Source: the human T2T-CHM13v2.0 reference genome, Homo sapiens
Reading direction: 5' to 3' (one strand)
Assembly: GCF_009914755.1 (NCBI RefSeq)
Contig: NC_060935.1
DNA: 64,000 bases
The stretch's first letter is position 1, and every line of letters starts with the position of its first letter. The translations under genes and the position numbers were made by a program. Under the pieces are notes generated by a model. It made no database searches. It was given only the letters and a program-made list of their open reading frames with translations, and was not told where the DNA came from. This document shows, piece after piece, positions 1-15,680 of this stretch.

Positions 1-1676
1 TCAAGTCTAAATGAATCTGGCATGTATAAAATATATTTTTATATAGCTCCATATAGAGATATAGCTCTACACAGCCATTAACAGACTCACACACAATCAT
101 TCTTTTATTCCAGGTGTGAACTGCTATGCTATTTCACCCAGTTCAAACACAGGTCATTGGCTTTCAAACTAATTTTGGAAAGCAGACACTGTGTAGTTGG
201 TAGGTGGAATAAAATGAAAACAAAAAATTAATATGCATGGCAGTTTAACTAGCTGTGTATCTCTCATGGAAAGGGGGTAATAGTCTAAAATTATTTACTC
301 ATTTTTTTTTAAAGTCTTTAAAAGAAGGCAATGAATTGCCAGTAATTTCCCCACCTTAACTCATGGTAATTTGTTTCCTGCTGGGTGAAAACGCAGGGAT
401 CTTGAAACTGTTAATGAACTTTCTTTCTCCTGATCTGTACAATGTCAAATTCATTTCTTTTTTTCTTACTTCAGGTTTTACTATTCTGTTTTGTTTGTTC
501 CATTTTTGTATTTTTTCCTGAGGTCAGGGATGATTCTATGGAAGCATGAAAATTTGTAGTTGAAAGGGATCTTAGAACTTCAGCAAGATTTGTGATAGAT
601 GGTCAAGTGGGTCTGGGCTCGCACCCTCCCTAAGGTGAAAGACTCACTGCCTTACCCCACAGCTATTTCACTACTTACAGACTACCACACAATAGCCAGG
701 GTGCTGCCCTATTTGCAACATGAACTGGAACATTATATTGGGACATAATGATGAGTGGTAGCTAAAAGTCCTTTCCCTCTGGTGTTGTTATTTGGTTAAA
801 TTGATTTACATAATGTTATTCTGTGGTATAAACCTTTCTCATTTATCTCATATATATCCCATTTTAAGCTATAAGCTCCCAGAGGGGTAGGTACTTCATC
901 ATTACTTCTGTACTCAAGTATTTTGCATATCTTTGATACAAAGTAAGAACAATGTATATGTATATCAGTTTAACTCTCAGATGAATGAACTAATAAAACT
1001 TGTAACAGTATTTTCCAATGTAGTGAGTACATTAAGCATCATTAATATTAAAATGCAAATTAATGCATTATTTGCAAGTTTTCAAATCATGTGTACTTAA
1101 GAATTTTCTTTTAAAATGTATCAAAAGACTGAACATTCAAGCTGATTATCATAAAAAGTGTATGTATGGGGGTAATATTCAAAATATTTAACAACCCAGA
1201 AGAACATGGGAGCTGTAATTCCCACAAATCACCATGTGAAGGTGATTCCAGGGAAGAGTCAGTCAACAGAGAATAGCCACTGATGGAAGGGAAGTGGGGT
1301 CTGGTGGCAGGTGATGGATAGATCACTAAACATTTGTCCAAGAGAGTGCTAGTGTTGCCGCTAGGGGTGAATATTTCTGTTGGGGTCCAGGTCTGCTCTG
1401 GCTGGGGAGGTGTGGGGAAGCAAGCAGGAATGGGGCTGCAAAAGGCTGGCTAGGGTAGCCCACAGTGGTATCTGCCCAGGAATCCCTGGGGTCTGGGCAG
1501 GGTAGTGGGAGGCACTGGTTGAGGGAAAAGGAATAATAGTTTTTTTCCCTGTTTGTCAGCTGAGTTAGCAGCCCTGGTTTTGAGAAATATTAAAATATGC
1601 CTTTGATTTTTGGGGATATCAATGAGTTTTGCAATGAAGTAGAGGGGATCACCAGTTTAAGACTTACTGATCAGTA

Positions 1677-1900
1677 TGGGCAACATGGCAAAATCCCACC
1701 TCTACAAAAAAATTAAAAATTTGCTGGATGTGGCAGCATGCACCTGTAATCCCAGCTACTCAGGAGGCAGAAGTGGGAGGATCACTGGAGCCAGGGAGGT
1801 CAAAGCTACAGTGGGCTCTGATTGTGCCACTGTACTCCAGCGTGGGTGGCAGAGCAAGACCTGTCTCAAAACAAAACAAAAAACAACAAAAACAAAAAAG
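1677..1900 (+). mobile_element. 5'-truncated old Alu (AluJ-like)
   Basis: End of left arm, A-rich linker, full right arm (GGAGGATCACTGGAGCCAGGGAGGTCAAAGCTACAGTG, J-type), CAAAA tail. Confidence 0.85.
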
Positions 1901-1966
1901 ACCTGATCTACTGAGCAAACAAACTACCATCACAAATAAATCAGAACTTGAAAAATAATGACTGTA

Positions 1967-2273
1967 GGCCAGGCGCGGTGGCTCATGCCTGTAATCCCAG
2001 CACTTTGGGAGGCCGAGGCAGGCGGATCACGAGGTCAGGAGATTGAGACTATCCTGGCTAACATGGTGAAACCCCATCTCTACTAAAAATACAAAAAATT
2101 AGCTGGGCGTGGTGGCGGGCCCCTGTAGTCCAAGCTACTCGGGAGGCTGAGGCAGGAGAATGGCGTGAACCCGGGAGACGGAGCTTTTAGTGAGCGGAGA
2201 TCAAGTCACTGCACTCCAACCTGGGCGACAGAGCAAGACTCCATCTCAAAAAAAAAAAAATAATAATAATAAT
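1967..2273 (+). mobile_element. AluY, full length, A/(TAA)n tail
   Basis: AluY diagnostics (GATCACGAGGTCAGGAGAT..ATCCTGGCTAAC; GAATGGCGTGAACCCGGG). TSD AATAATGACTG(T/C)A at about 1954-1966 and 2274-2286. Confidence 0.93.
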
Positions 2274-3859
2274 AATAATGACTGCATGTATGTACTTGGC
2301 ATGATCATTATGAAGGCATTCTTCACTGTACAAGAAGAGTCACAATGAAATTCTTTTAGCTCAAGCAATTTGAGTGGATTTAAATTATTTTTCAGTAAGG
2401 AACTTGGTTTCAGATACAACTTTTCAAGAATATAGCTACTGAGTAGAACAAAGTATGCTGATGTCCACTCTCCAGGTCTTCAAAATCAAAGCAGAATTGA
2501 AATCTGCGGCAATTTTTCTAATTTTTTAGTTTTATCTTGAAGCTGTTTGTTTAAATTATCTCTCCATCTTACTGTTAGATTAGAAGACATACTTTTTGCC
2601 AGAAATACTCACTTCAATTGCACAGGAAAAAGTGAGGTTTCTTGATTCAAATTAGATAGAAAATTCTGTTTTGACAATATAGCCAAGGTCAGATATGATT
2701 TCCCTACAATCTCTAATCATGTTGAATTTTATAATACAAGTTTAAATGACCTCAAAAAATTTGTACTACATTTCAGAGGCAACTGTAACTTCCTTCATGA
2801 ACATTAGCAAATAATCTTCAAAAATTGGAATGTGACCTCAGTCATCCTCCTCCTTCTCCCTTCCCCTTTTCACTTCAACCTTAATGTACACACTTGCAAA
2901 TTTTCTTCCACTTATATTTTCCTTTAAAGGCCACTTTCTAGCAGACAATTCAACTAACTGCTGTATTTTTCCATATATGATGCCAGGGAATAGAAACAAG
3001 TGAGATAGTTTCTTATATGATATAATTGTTTCCATTAAAAACTCAGGAAAGCAGGAACCAATCCATCAACAAGGGCGAATGAAAGATCGTGTAATCCACA
3101 AACTTTAACTTTTGATCACTTATAAAATTTAAAACTAAACAAGCCATAAACTAAAGTGATGTTAACTGTCAAGGTGTGGGGGTTTTTCTTTTTCATTCAC
3201 TGCAGACCTGTTAAACTTTGTGCTCTCTACAGACCTTGCTGTCCACACCAAAAATGCAATTACAGTTCTCCTTGTCTATTTTAATCTCACATTAGTTTAT
3301 TAACCAGAAATTAAGTAAGGGCACTCACTCTTTAGCACATTTTTTTGTAGATGTGTGAGTTTAATACTGTTTTCTACAACGTTTATTAGAACACTTGACA
3401 TGGGAAATAGAAGAATATCAAGAAACCATGAGATGCCATTATACCAACAAAAACAAAATGCAGGCTTTGTGTGCTACAATCTTTTTCTCCAAAAGTGAAA
3501 ATAAACACTAATGAATGATTCCTTTTGCCTTGAAGAACTAAAAATTTCTTAGTTGAAGTATCTAACTGGAGAAATCTTTAAACATGTGAGAAATGTATCT
3601 GGAGCCTACAATTTAAAGAGAAGAGGAACACATTAAGTCATGAACCCACTAGACCAACCAACATTTGTCCTCTACGTTCTGAAGTCCAGCTGGATTCACA
3701 AGGGTCGCTGATCATTCCTCATTGAGCTATTATATGCTAGTGATTCACTCCTGCTTTCTTTTACATTTTCGACCTCTTCCTCTCTACTTGCTGATTTACC
3801 TCTGCTTTATAAAAGTGGTTATTTTAACCTAGAAAACAAAAATTTGAGATTTTTTGGTC

Positions 3860-4450
3860 TCTAACTTTCTTCTAATGGACGACTTTCTTCTATATACCAT
3901 ATATAAGTTATTTCCACTTCCTCATCTCCTACTTAATCCACAATTGTCTTCCTTTTTCAAAACTTTACTGAAAGTACTTATCATTTTGCCCTCTAGATAA
4001 TCAACTATATCCTTCTATCAAACTTTTCTTTCAGTTCTCATCCTCTTACATCTTTCTGCTGCATTTGAGACTATATAATATCACTTCCATTCTTAAAACT
4101 CCTTTCTCCCTTGCCAACTGGCTGAAGGAAAGTCGTTTCTCCACTCATACACTCAAAATGTAGCCATTTCTTGATGTGTACCACTTTCAATTTGTCTGTT
4201 TAGCAAGATCTTCCACTCCCACAAATTTCTTCCTCAAAGACATATGTGTAATTTCAAAATCACTGTTCCTGAATATGAATCCTCTCCAGAGGTGCAGGTC
4301 CATATTTTCAACCACCCAATAAACACTTCCATTTGGATATTTTATCTCCTAATATCTCTAACAACATAGTCCGTATCAAACTTATCACCATCTTCAGCCT
4401 GTTTTTCTTCTGTTGCTTTTGCTTCTTTTAATGGTTTCATCTTTCCAAGT
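3860..4450 (+). mobile_element. Degenerate L2 LINE fragment
   Basis: Pyrimidine-rich L2-like motifs (CTGCTGCATTTGA, TTCCATTTGGATA, AAACTTATCACCATCTTC). Boundaries approximate. Confidence 0.5.
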
Positions 4451-4844
4451 TAACAATAGTTTCTTCTCATTGGTTCTCAACACTGAATTGATAAGCTCTT
4501 TTCCACAGGTGAGATTTGGAAACCTAACAGTGAATCTGCAATTCTTCTTTATGATTGCAATACTGGGTTTTGAGGTGTCAACATCAGTCTGATGGTGCTA
4601 AAGTAACTGTGACACCATTTGGTTTGGCTTACAAATAGTTTCTGAGCTCCTACTGTGTAAGACCAGAACTCTGCTAGCAAAACACCATTAGTTTTTCAGG
4701 AATATTAGCAACCGCAGTTTAGAATTGATGAAAGAAAAATATGAATTTGGATCAATGTCTTATCTTTCTTACAAAATCTCCATAAATATTCCTCTCCCAT
4801 GAAGAATCAGTCTCTTCAGTTACTCTAACTCATCACTCTATAAT

Positions 4845-5130
4845 AATATTTACTCAGAACCTGTAATGTGCTGAACATTCTAATCACTTTAGAAATGTTT
4901 TATATGGTAATCCTCTTCACTATCCTATGAAGTACTCATCATTGATTGTTGAATTGTGCCGTATATGGCTGGATGGAGTTGTGCAGTGCATAGTCTATGC
5001 AACCATATCTCTTGCCCCAATAAGACCCATTTCACAGTTGAAGATACTGAGCCACAGAGAAAGGTTAAGGAACTTGTCCAAAGTCACACAGCTACTAAGT
5101 CAGGATTGAGTGAGTATTCAAACCATGAAA
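4845..5130 (-). mobile_element. MIR SINE
   Basis: CCCATTTCACAGTTGAAGATACTGAG...AAGGTTAAGGAACTTGTCCAAAGTCACACAGCTA is the reverse MIR core. Confidence 0.65.
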
Positions 5131-5260
5131 ACCAACATTTTGACATGACTCTCTTCTCTTAACAGATATATGAAACCACGTCTACTCATATTTCTACTGT
5201 AGCACCTATTGTAAATATTTGCCTTTGTGCTTGTTCCCTTACTTAGAATATGAATCCCAC

Positions 5261-6496
5261 GAACTGGCTAGCCATGTGCAGAAAATTGAAACTGGACCCC
5301 TTCCTTCAAACTTACACAAAAAGTAAGATGGATTAAAGACTTAAATGTAAAATCCCAAACTTTAAACACCTTAGAAGAAAATCTAGGCAATACCATTCAG
5401 GATATAGGTGCAGGCAAAGATTTCATAGGAAAACACCGGAAGCAATTGCAAAAAAAGCAAAAATTGACAAATGGGATCTAATTAAACTAAAGAGCTTCCG
5501 TGCAGCAAAAGAAACTATCATCAGAGTGAATAGACAACCTACAGAATGGAAGACAATTTTTGCAATCTATCCATCTGACAAAGGTCTAATATCCAGAGTC
5601 TACAAGGAACTTAAATTTGCAAGAAAAAAACCCCAAACAACCCCATTAAAAAGTAGGCAAACAACACGAACAGACACTCCTCAGATGAAGACATTCAGGG
5701 GGCCAAAACACATATGAAAAAAAGCTCAACATCACTGATCATTAGAGAAATGCAAATCAGAACCACAATGAGATACCATCTCATGCCAGTCAGAATGGCT
5801 ATTATTAAAAAGTCAAGAAACAACAGATGCTGGTGAGGTTGCAAAGAAAAAGGAATGCTTCTATGCTGTTGGTGAGAATGTAAATTAGTTCAACCATTGT
5901 GGAAGAGAGTGTGGCAATTCTTCAAAGTTCTAGAAGCTGAAATACCATTTGACCCAGCAATCCCGTTACTGGGTATATACCCAAAGGAATATAGATCATT
6001 CTATTATAAAGATACATGCATGCGTATGTTCATTGCAGCACTATTCACAATAGCAAAGACATGGAATTAACCCAAATGCCCATCAATGGTAGACTGGATA
6101 AAGAAAATGTGGTACATATTCACCATGGAATACTATACAGCCATAAAAAGGAATAAGATCATTTCCTTTGCCGGGACATGGATGGAGCTGGAAGCTGTTA
6201 TCCTCAGCAAACTAACGCAGGAACAGAAAACCAAGCACTGCATTTTCTCACTTATAAGTGGGAGCTGAATGACGAGAACACATGAACACATTGCGGGGAA
6301 CAACACAGAGTCAGTCCTGTCGGAGGGAGCAGGGGGAGGGAGAGCATCAGGAAGAATAACTAATGGATGCCAGGTTTAATACCTAGGTGGTGGGTTGATC
6401 TGTGCAGCAAACCACCATGGCACATGTTTACCTATGTAACAAACTTGCACATTCTGCACATGTACCCCTGAACTCAAACATTGAAGAAAAAGAAAG
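5261..6496 (+). mobile_element. 5'-truncated L1 (old primate L1PA, roughly PA13-16-like): ORF2 3' end plus 3' UTR, antisense to MAML2
   Basis: ORF remnants [23 protein letters not shown] and WIKKMWYIFTMEYYTAIK..FAGTWMELEAVILSKLTQEQKTKH are the L1 ORF2p C-terminus, followed by an L1PA 3' UTR. 15-bp TSD GAATA(T/A)GAATCCCAC at 5246-5260 and 6497-6511. Confidence 0.93.
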
Positions 6497-8255
6497 GAAT
6501 AAGAATCCCACTAGGGGAAAAAGAGATTTAAGTTCTTAAACTGTTAGTATTAGTATATAAGAAGGGCCTAGAATCTTGCATATAGTGGGTTTTCAATAAA
6601 TTCTAGCTATTATCATTCTTTTTATCTTTTTTTTTTTTTTTTTACAGATTTGTCACAAAGTAAGGTGCTAATTAATGTTTGTTGAATAAATTACTATGCC
6701 AATTCCCCAATGTGTACAAAATGAATATACATATGACCTAGTCTCAGGAAAAATGTATATGTGGAGAGGATGAAAGATAATTTTTTTCCATATAAGCTTC
6801 CTCATCTAACCTGTTTCATATCCAGTTTCTGGGACAGAAATTGATTAAACTATTCTAACGTGGAACTAAGCAATTTAAACTTATATTTACATGGTCACCA
6901 TATCAGCCGGTGATCTCAATATGGCCCTCAAATTTTGCTGTCATGGATAGTTGTATATTCCAGTGCCAGAAAAAAGTAACAATATATTCACGAGAGAGCA
7001 GCCTGATGCGCTGCTCTAGAGATGAAAATAAATTGATATAAATGGAGATACTGAGCAAAAAAATCAGCAGCTAGCACTTATCAGATGGGAAGTGAAAAGA
7101 TGTTAACTGAGCTTACAAGAATGAAGAATATTGTCATCAGATAGTTGTATAAAGAGGACCCCACAAAACCTGTTATTATAAGAGCATTACATCATGGGAG
7201 AAAGTGAAAAGCAATAGCTCTCTTAAATGTATTTGATTAATAACGTCTGCTAAACTTCTCCTTAACAAATGACCACAGTCAGAAATATATATGTCCCAAA
7301 GAGAAGCTGATGGTAACTAAGAGGCCCTTTGGGGGAAATTCATCTGACAAAACCCCTCTGGAGGATGTACAGGGGATTATGTGAATGCCTATGTCTACTT
7401 CTATCCTTGCATGGTATAACTTTTTTAAAGTAAAGCAAAGCTCAAAGTTTGATGCCTTACTAATGGCCAGTGTCTTGCCAATGGTCCTTTGATTACAACT
7501 GGCATTCTAAAGCAAAAATAAACTAAGAAAATTTAATTTCATATAAATGTATTATAGAGACATCTACTTTTTTGTCTTGTCTTTAGTTTTAAAAAAATTA
7601 AGAGTAGAATTGGTAAATACAATATTTATTTGAGAATCATCATGGTCCCGACAGACAATCTAGCGTTAAGTAGATTGTTCTACGGTAATTGAACTACAAA
7701 ACAAAATCATTAAATACTCAGACACCTTATTAAGTGAAAGAATCAAGCATCAACATTATCTTTCAATGTTCTCATTTTCATAATACTCTTCTGCTACATT
7801 CTGTTGCTTGATCCCATGTTAAAAGATTAAATGGCTAAAAAGTTAAGAAATCCCAACCCTTCATTTTAATACTAACTCATAGTTCATAAAAGGAAGGGCT
7901 TATCAGCTGAATCATTAAATACACGTTGCTTGCAATTTTGTGCAGTGGAACGGAGACACTGAATCCCAAAAGGGCCCTACATAAACTCTGAGAGTAAGCG
8001 AAATGGTATCCTGATACACTTTCACCATGTCACTGAAATAATTAAGTTGGGTATTATAAATCTGAATGACAAATCTTGGAAACCACCTGAAAAACCACAG
8101 GAAATATTCTATCCTTGTTCAATATATGGAAATAGTTGATGCAAAAAGAAACAGAAGTAGAAAAAAATTAGATCTCAGAGCAAATGTACAATATTTTTTA
8201 ACATGATCAGGGTAACTGTTACTTGAAGCTGGATATCTGCTGATTTTGCAGATTA

Positions 8256-8567
<312 letters not shown>

Positions 8568-11115
8568 AAAACAGATAAGCACATTTTCCAAATGACCTGT
8601 AGGATGAAAATCAAACTGCCAAGCAACAAATGGTAATACCATTATTATTCACGTAATATTAATTCTGACTCTTCATTAGCCTCCAATGTGAATTTAAATT
8701 AAGGTATAAAGCTGGTAAATATGTGGCATTCAAACACTTGTGTATTATACATTTAAATTAATTTTAATTATTTTCAGAAGCACGGCGAAACTCAAAAGGT
8801 TTTTCTACTATACATTAAATTAAGGTAATTCTGGAATGATGATACCTAAACACAGAATCACATCTTTAAAGTCAAAAATATAATTTTTCTACTAATAAGC
8901 CAAGCCAGCACATGTTGAATTTTTAATATGTATGCTCTGATAATTAATTTTGTATTTTTCCAATTACATGGCTATCGCAGTGTACTTAGAGACAGAAAAC
9001 CGTCATGGGGAAAGGGGAAAGGTGACCATGGTATGTGTAAAGCCTGTTTCATTTTCTAAACATCTTTGAGAACTATGTTAAATTTTAGTACTTTAGTCAT
9101 GAAATGACAGAATGATAGAAAAAGACTTGGAGGGACATCAAAGCATTTAGTTCTACCTGAAACTTGGCTTTCTAAAAATACGACTGGGAAAAAGACTATT
9201 GTGTTTAGACCACAGATTTTTAGTTAAATCTTTGAACTCTATGCAAAGTCTAAGTAATACCACTTTTATTTAACTCTTCAGTCTATATAGTCTTCAAGGA
9301 TAACTGTGCTTTTATATAATTATCCGGATTACAAATTTAACTACAATAGGCAGACTCTTATTGTCAAGGAACAGATCCTTATACTTAAACATTGCTTAGA
9401 ATCTTCGTAGGCACTTCATAAATGTTTGCAGAATCCCATATAACTCACGAATGAATGAGTGACCTGCAACTGCTGATGGATTTGAAATAGAGTCCAGATT
9501 TTTAATGCATCTATAAATGTAACTTTCCTAACTTGATTCTGTGAGAAGTCTAGAGGCACCTAATTTAAGAGAAGAAAATGATATGTTTATAATCATTAAA
9601 CATCTTGCTCTGGGTATTTATTTAAATTAATAAAAATTCATAAACCTAGCTAACCTGCGACAGTTTTAAGGGAATATGTGCAATACAAAGTGTAGGTAGA
9701 ATAGAGTAGTATGATTACGTTTACTTTTAGAGTATGTATTTTATTTGGCATCATGTATTTATTGGTGTGCCTAACATTCTCAGTGAACTGGGTATACACA
9801 TCATACATTCAAAGGGGCAGAATGTTCTCTCTTAAAAAAAAATCATTTTAAAGTCTTTTGATTACCAAATGCCCACTTTTTAATGTAAAACTACTCAAGA
9901 TGTTTTGAAGGGACTGGGAATAAATATCAACTAAATTAATCATTACAATCAGGGAAAATCAGTTAGAAAGGGCCTTAGAGATCCTCTAAGCTCTCTCACT
10001 TTTCTCTCACTGCTTTTTATAAGCAGTGTATTTTTATTACTTTGTTAGCCGTTGGCAGAGAATGAACATTGAGTATCTTTGGACAATTTCTTCTTAATGG
10101 CTGGTGCCTATTTTGTCCTATAAAATCATGTGGAAATGTTGGTACTTTTGGCAATATCTTACTCCTTGAGGGCACTTAATGGTCTTCATTCTCCCCAAAG
10201 CTTCTCTCACTCCCAGGTAATAAGCTGAACTCTAACAGAGATACAGTTACTCTTTCAATCCAGTAGAGACCACTTGATTTACCACTCTACTGCACAAAAT
10301 GGTACCCTGGTGGCTTGAAAGAGACAATGGGGAGAATGTGGCTCATTAAATAGTAATTGATGCTGCTGCTACTACTAATGTTAGTATTGCTGCTAAAATA
10401 ACTGTGTTGCTTCTATTCTGCTTCTTCTATGTGATTGAGAATTAGCATAGTTCATTCCCATGGAAGGTCAATTGACAGGCTAGCCCAGAAGCATTGAGTA
10501 GCCAAACTGATTGGTGAGACAATCAAGATTTCAAGATCTCATATGATCCACATTGCCAGAACCACATTCTACCTCCTTAATCCACAAATGCATTATAAAT
10601 CCTTACAAATCCTAATGAGATACAGTTTCATGTAAGTAAATTTTAAGATATTTGATATTCCCCTTTGAAGTACCAATTTTTCTTACTTTCGAAAATTAGA
10701 ATGAAAACCTTCATGAAATGGTATTATTCACTGCCTACTTTCTTAAAGACTATCTTCATCATGATCCAACTCCTGTCTGTATAACTCAGAATTACCATTC
10801 TTAACAATAATTATGGCACTGTGTTGTAAAGTGGTGAGGCTCCCAAAGGTCACTCTGTATATAATGCTATGTGCCATAGTCTTTGGCTGTTGGGTTTTTC
10901 TGTTTCATTTTATTTTGATTTTAGAATGTTTCTGACTCCTTCATCTTATCAGGCTTGTCACTTTTTGTATGTAGCAGTGTACTTTCTAGAGGTGAATCTG
11001 TCTAACTTCTAAAGGCAAAAAAACTTGAAAAAAAGTTGGTAAATAAAGACTTGAAAAATAGAATTAAAGGATTTTCTTAGAGCCATGTGACATCTGTGTT
11101 AGTTTTTCACAAGCC

Positions 11116-11425
<310 letters not shown>

Positions 11426-12359
11426 TTCATAAGCCTTTGTTTATTCCTCCCTGCTTCTTAGTTATAGTCTTAGTTATATTGTTGGAGTTTTAGGAAAAGT
11501 AACGTCCAGATGAGGTAAATCTTAGTTCATGTGACATAATACTCTGCTTTTAGTGTATTCTTCTCTTCTCATTTTAGAGATTCTATTTTCTCTTGTATTG
11601 GTATTATTTTACAGAAGCCTCTTCAGATCCTTTTTGGAAGGAGATATAATTTATACTTGCCTTATTTCTCTTTTGTGTATTTGTGTGATATTGTATATGC
11701 ACACAAAGGGGCACGTGTAAGTATGTGTGTGCACGCACACACATGCATACATCATCTTTTTATTCATAGAATACTCTGCCAACCATGGTCTCCTTGGAAG
11801 GTATAAGTATGTCTGCGGTTGTAGAGAACAATCACTTGCCTCCTGGATGTATATCACCTTTGCCCAGGAGCCCCTGCAATGTGAGTGGCTGGACTCTGGG
11901 GTGGCTGTCTGTCTGCTGCCATAGATCCATGTTCCACAGGAATATCTTTATGCAGCATGTGAGTCTCCATTTGAACAATCATATATTAGGAATCATGCTA
12001 TTCTTAGGAATCTTTAGAAATACCTGAGTACTAAATTTGTCTCATAACTTAGCAAATGCATATAACAAATGATTTCCTGCACGTTATTGTCATACACCAT
12101 TTTACCTTGTAGCACATAACTACTGCTGTCATCCTTGGATAGAACTCAGCTAAGTTAGTTCCTCCCTCTTCTAGTAATCATATTTACTATTGAATACAGC
12201 AGCATATGATGGAAGTGGTCCAAAGTAAAAAATTGGCTTTATCACAGAATCATAACATTTTAGCATTATATGAGGCCTTAAAAATAACACTTTGGATAGC
12301 AGGAATATGCAGACTCCATAAAAAGAAGAGTTCTGTGAAGGGAAGGAAATGAATTTTTA

Positions 12360-12590
12360 TCTATTGAATGCTCACTATGTATTTGGCTGCTAGACTAAAT
12401 GCTATAGATACTTTTTCCTAATTTAATTGTAACACCAATCCTATGGAGTGTATGCTATTATCCCATTTTACAGATGATGAAACTGAGGCCAAGAAGTTAA
12501 TTCATCTTGCCCAACCTTAAAATTATTAAAGTCAAGCAGTTATGTAAACCTAGGTCTCCCTGGCCCTAAAGGCCATACTCTTTCCATTGT
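12360..12590 (-). mobile_element. MIR SINE
   Basis: TTATCCCATTTTACAGATGATGAAACTGAGGCC reverse core. Confidence 0.7.
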
Positions 12591-14694
12591 TCTTCTCTAC
12601 CATGTCTCTCCTAAGTAGAAAGTTCCTTTTTTATCTGTTGTCCAAAACTCATTTAGCTGGGTTAGTCATTCACAGCAATACTGTAAGACTAGCTTATTCT
12701 TTACAGTAACAATAGAATCTTTTTCTAATCCTTTATTCCTTTCAGGGCATTGCTATATGGCTATCATTATGGTAGGCATATTCATGAATAAGTCTGTTCT
12801 TTTAACAGCACAGTGTGAGTTTATGAGAGTAGGATATAAAAACAAGGAGAGAAATAGGGAGCAAAGTCTAGCTGTCTCACAGAAGGCAGCCCTAGACCAC
12901 AAAAGAGGCATATGTAGGTCAATTCAAGTTAGAAAAAAAAAAAAGATCTGATGTATGGGTTGATCATTGTTTATGGATTTTCTATTTGACATTTGATGTC
13001 TTCAAATAGTATACTGTCTTTCAAATGGAAAGTAAAAAATGTATCACATAGACTATGCTTGAAAAGGTTATCCACATCTTAGACATGCATACATTTTTAA
13101 AACAACAGCTATAAAGTCATGGACAACCATGTGTCTCTTCGAAAGAATCACTAATGAAAATGGATATGATATTACCCCTGTAATGTGCCAACTATCTACA
13201 TTGTTACTATTAAAGCATCCTTAATCAAAGTTTCTGCCAAGTTCACTGAGAATGTTAGAGACAGTAAAGATTTGGAGCATTTTAATCCACTTATTCAATA
13301 TAAGTGTGAGCCTGTGGCAGACTAAGATATGAAAAAAAATTCACTGTAATCAGATCTTACAAAATTATGTTATATCTTTGAAATCATCCAGCAGAATGAA
13401 TAATTTTCCTCGGTCTTTCATATGCTAAAAGGGAGTAAGGGCATAAGGTTGCATTTTTGGTCATCTGAAGCATGTTAAATCATACAACTTTTTTGATGCA
13501 TATTAAGATAACTATAAAAATACCAAATACTTTACTAAAAAGAGAAAGTTTGAAGCACAGCAAACTAAAAGGAAATAGCAACAGTAACAACAGCAAAATA
13601 TCAATCTTGAAGACTCCAGCAGTAGGGACCCTCAAAAATGTCAGGCTGAAAAAATGAGACACAGCCAAACAGCCCACGGAAACAGTATGCAGAACAATAA
13701 TCATTTTGATACTATGCCATTTTCATGTGGTAGCCCAATCTGAGGAAGTTAAAGTGAAACAGACTCACAGAGGCTGGAGAGATTGGTCAACGTTTCACAT
13801 AAAGACTGAAAGACTGAAGATTTTATACATGTAGCAGAGAGGCAGGGAAGAAAACTCTAGAAAGAGCCAGCGAATTCTAAATGGCCCAAACATCCAGAGT
13901 CTAATAGTCTAGTGATTGGTTAAATAATTCTTAGCCCTTTATTTAACCTTGGCTGTTCAGGCCAGAGCTGACTATTCAATTGCAGTTGGAAAATAAATGC
14001 TGAATGCCCAAAGTACAGAAATTATTCTGGAGAGAGGCCAATGAATTTTAAGTATTATTTTCAGCATTAGTTAGGTTTTATTTTTAAACCGTTCTTCAAA
14101 AGACTGATATGTTCGTTCTTAATTATCTTTGCCCCAAAGCAGTTCTGTCCCCTAAAAAATAAGTACATCATAAAGGAAACTTAGACAAATGCCAAGCTTA
14201 AATATTTTCCTTTTGCAAACAATGCTGGCTCCAGAAACACATTACAAACAGCTGGGATTGTGAATTTTCTCTCCTTTAGAAACAAGAATGTTCTCATGTC
14301 AAAGGTAACCCATTGTAAAAAAAAAAAAAATTACTGATTTTGTAAAAAATGCACATCATCAATTAGTTCTAAAGATGTAGTCGCCCATAAAACCAAGACC
14401 ACATGGTGACCTTGGGGTAGAAGAAAAAGAAACAGATAACCATTTTGTGAAAATTTGCGCATTTTCACCAGTTGTAGCTAAATGATTGACATCTTGCTAC
14501 AAGCAGCTTCTGTATGAATTGTTACAAGGACTGCAGGAAGTTCCAAAGGAAAGAGACAGCAGAGATCACTATTCTCAAGAGGCTCACTGTTAGTGGTATA
14601 GTAAACAAATATTTCACATGTAACGAATTCTTACCCCTTATAATTCCCATATAATTTTGATAAGAACAGAATCACCTTTGGAATAAACAAAGAG

Positions 14695-14905
14695 GTAACA
14701 TTTATTGAACACTTATGCTAGGGACCATGCTTAATCCTCTACACTGTCCCAATTTATCAACACTATAAAATAAGCATGATTATTATTCTCATTTTACAAA
14801 TGAGTAAAATGAGGCTCAGGGAGGCTAAGAAAATTGCCCTCTGTCACCAAGCTGCTAAGTGGCAGCATGGGATTGGGGGACCCAGGCTGTCTGATTCCAA
14901 GGTTC
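14695..14905 (-). mobile_element. MIR SINE
   Basis: CTCATTTTACAAATGAGTAAAATGAGGCTCAGGGAGGCTAAG reverse core. Confidence 0.65.
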
Positions 14906-15677
14906 CATGCATGTAGCCATCAAGAAAATTTACTAGGAAGTAAGGTATTTGAATACAAATTAATTTTGTTCTCTTTGGCCAGTAACATTGACTTTGGTAA
15001 AATGACCACAGCATCAACATAAAGGCATATTTAGGAATTTCTCCCAGGTATAGAAGCACATTTTCAAATGATCTTGCCTCTGCTAAACTTTAGTCAGACA
15101 ACATCAACACTGAGGTAACACCAGGTGAATGAAAGTCTCATTTAGTTTGAAATTAACTCTGAAATATGCACATTTAATTTCTATTACTAATTCACTTTTG
15201 CAATGGTCAGAGTTTTTCTGGAAACACTGGTATCTTAAGGGAGCTTTGAAGAGTAATTAAAAAAAACCACAGGCAAATAAACTTTCAATAAAAACAGACA
15301 GTCAGGATTAAAATGCTTTTCTATATTTAGAAACATAGGAATGAACTAGCATTTTTCAAATTAATTTGTAAGCCCAGATTCACACCAAGTGCATTTAAAA
15401 CCACTTCTTACACGCCTAAATGAGATGAACTATAAACAGAAGTTGACGCACGCTAAGGTACTCTGCTGAAGGCCTAAGAGTTCTCTTCAAATGTAAGCTA
15501 TGAGGACGAAATGCCTATCATCTGGAATGTTTCATCCCAAGACCCTCAGAAGGCTATGTTATTACTTACCCTGGAGGCACAATAGTAATTTAAATATGTA
15601 GCCATGTTATTTGATAAAATCCCAACTGAGTATTAAACTACATTGTGGTTCAATCAAATTACTACTGCTCTGCTGCT

Positions 15678-15680
<3 letters not shown>

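Noticed and set aside
1219-1226. RBPJ/CSL motif TTCCCACA and scattered TGTGAGAA sites (possible Notch autoregulation)
   Set aside because: Isolated 8-mers at about chance frequency, and I saw no paired head-to-head site.
1355-1373. CTCF-like TTGCCGCTAGGGGTGA, and CCCTCTAGGGGGA near 51950
   Set aside because: Both miss the conserved terminal GGC of the core and cannot be supported without ChIP data.
5526-6268. L1 ORF2-like peptides
   Set aside because: Frameshifted remnants of a 5'-truncated, inactive L1, reported under mobile elements.
6995-7017. AGAGCAGC/GCTGCTCT 8-bp hairpin, and the 12-bp palindrome TACTGATCAGTA at 1665-1676
   Set aside because: Short enough to be expected by chance in 64 kb, with no supporting context.
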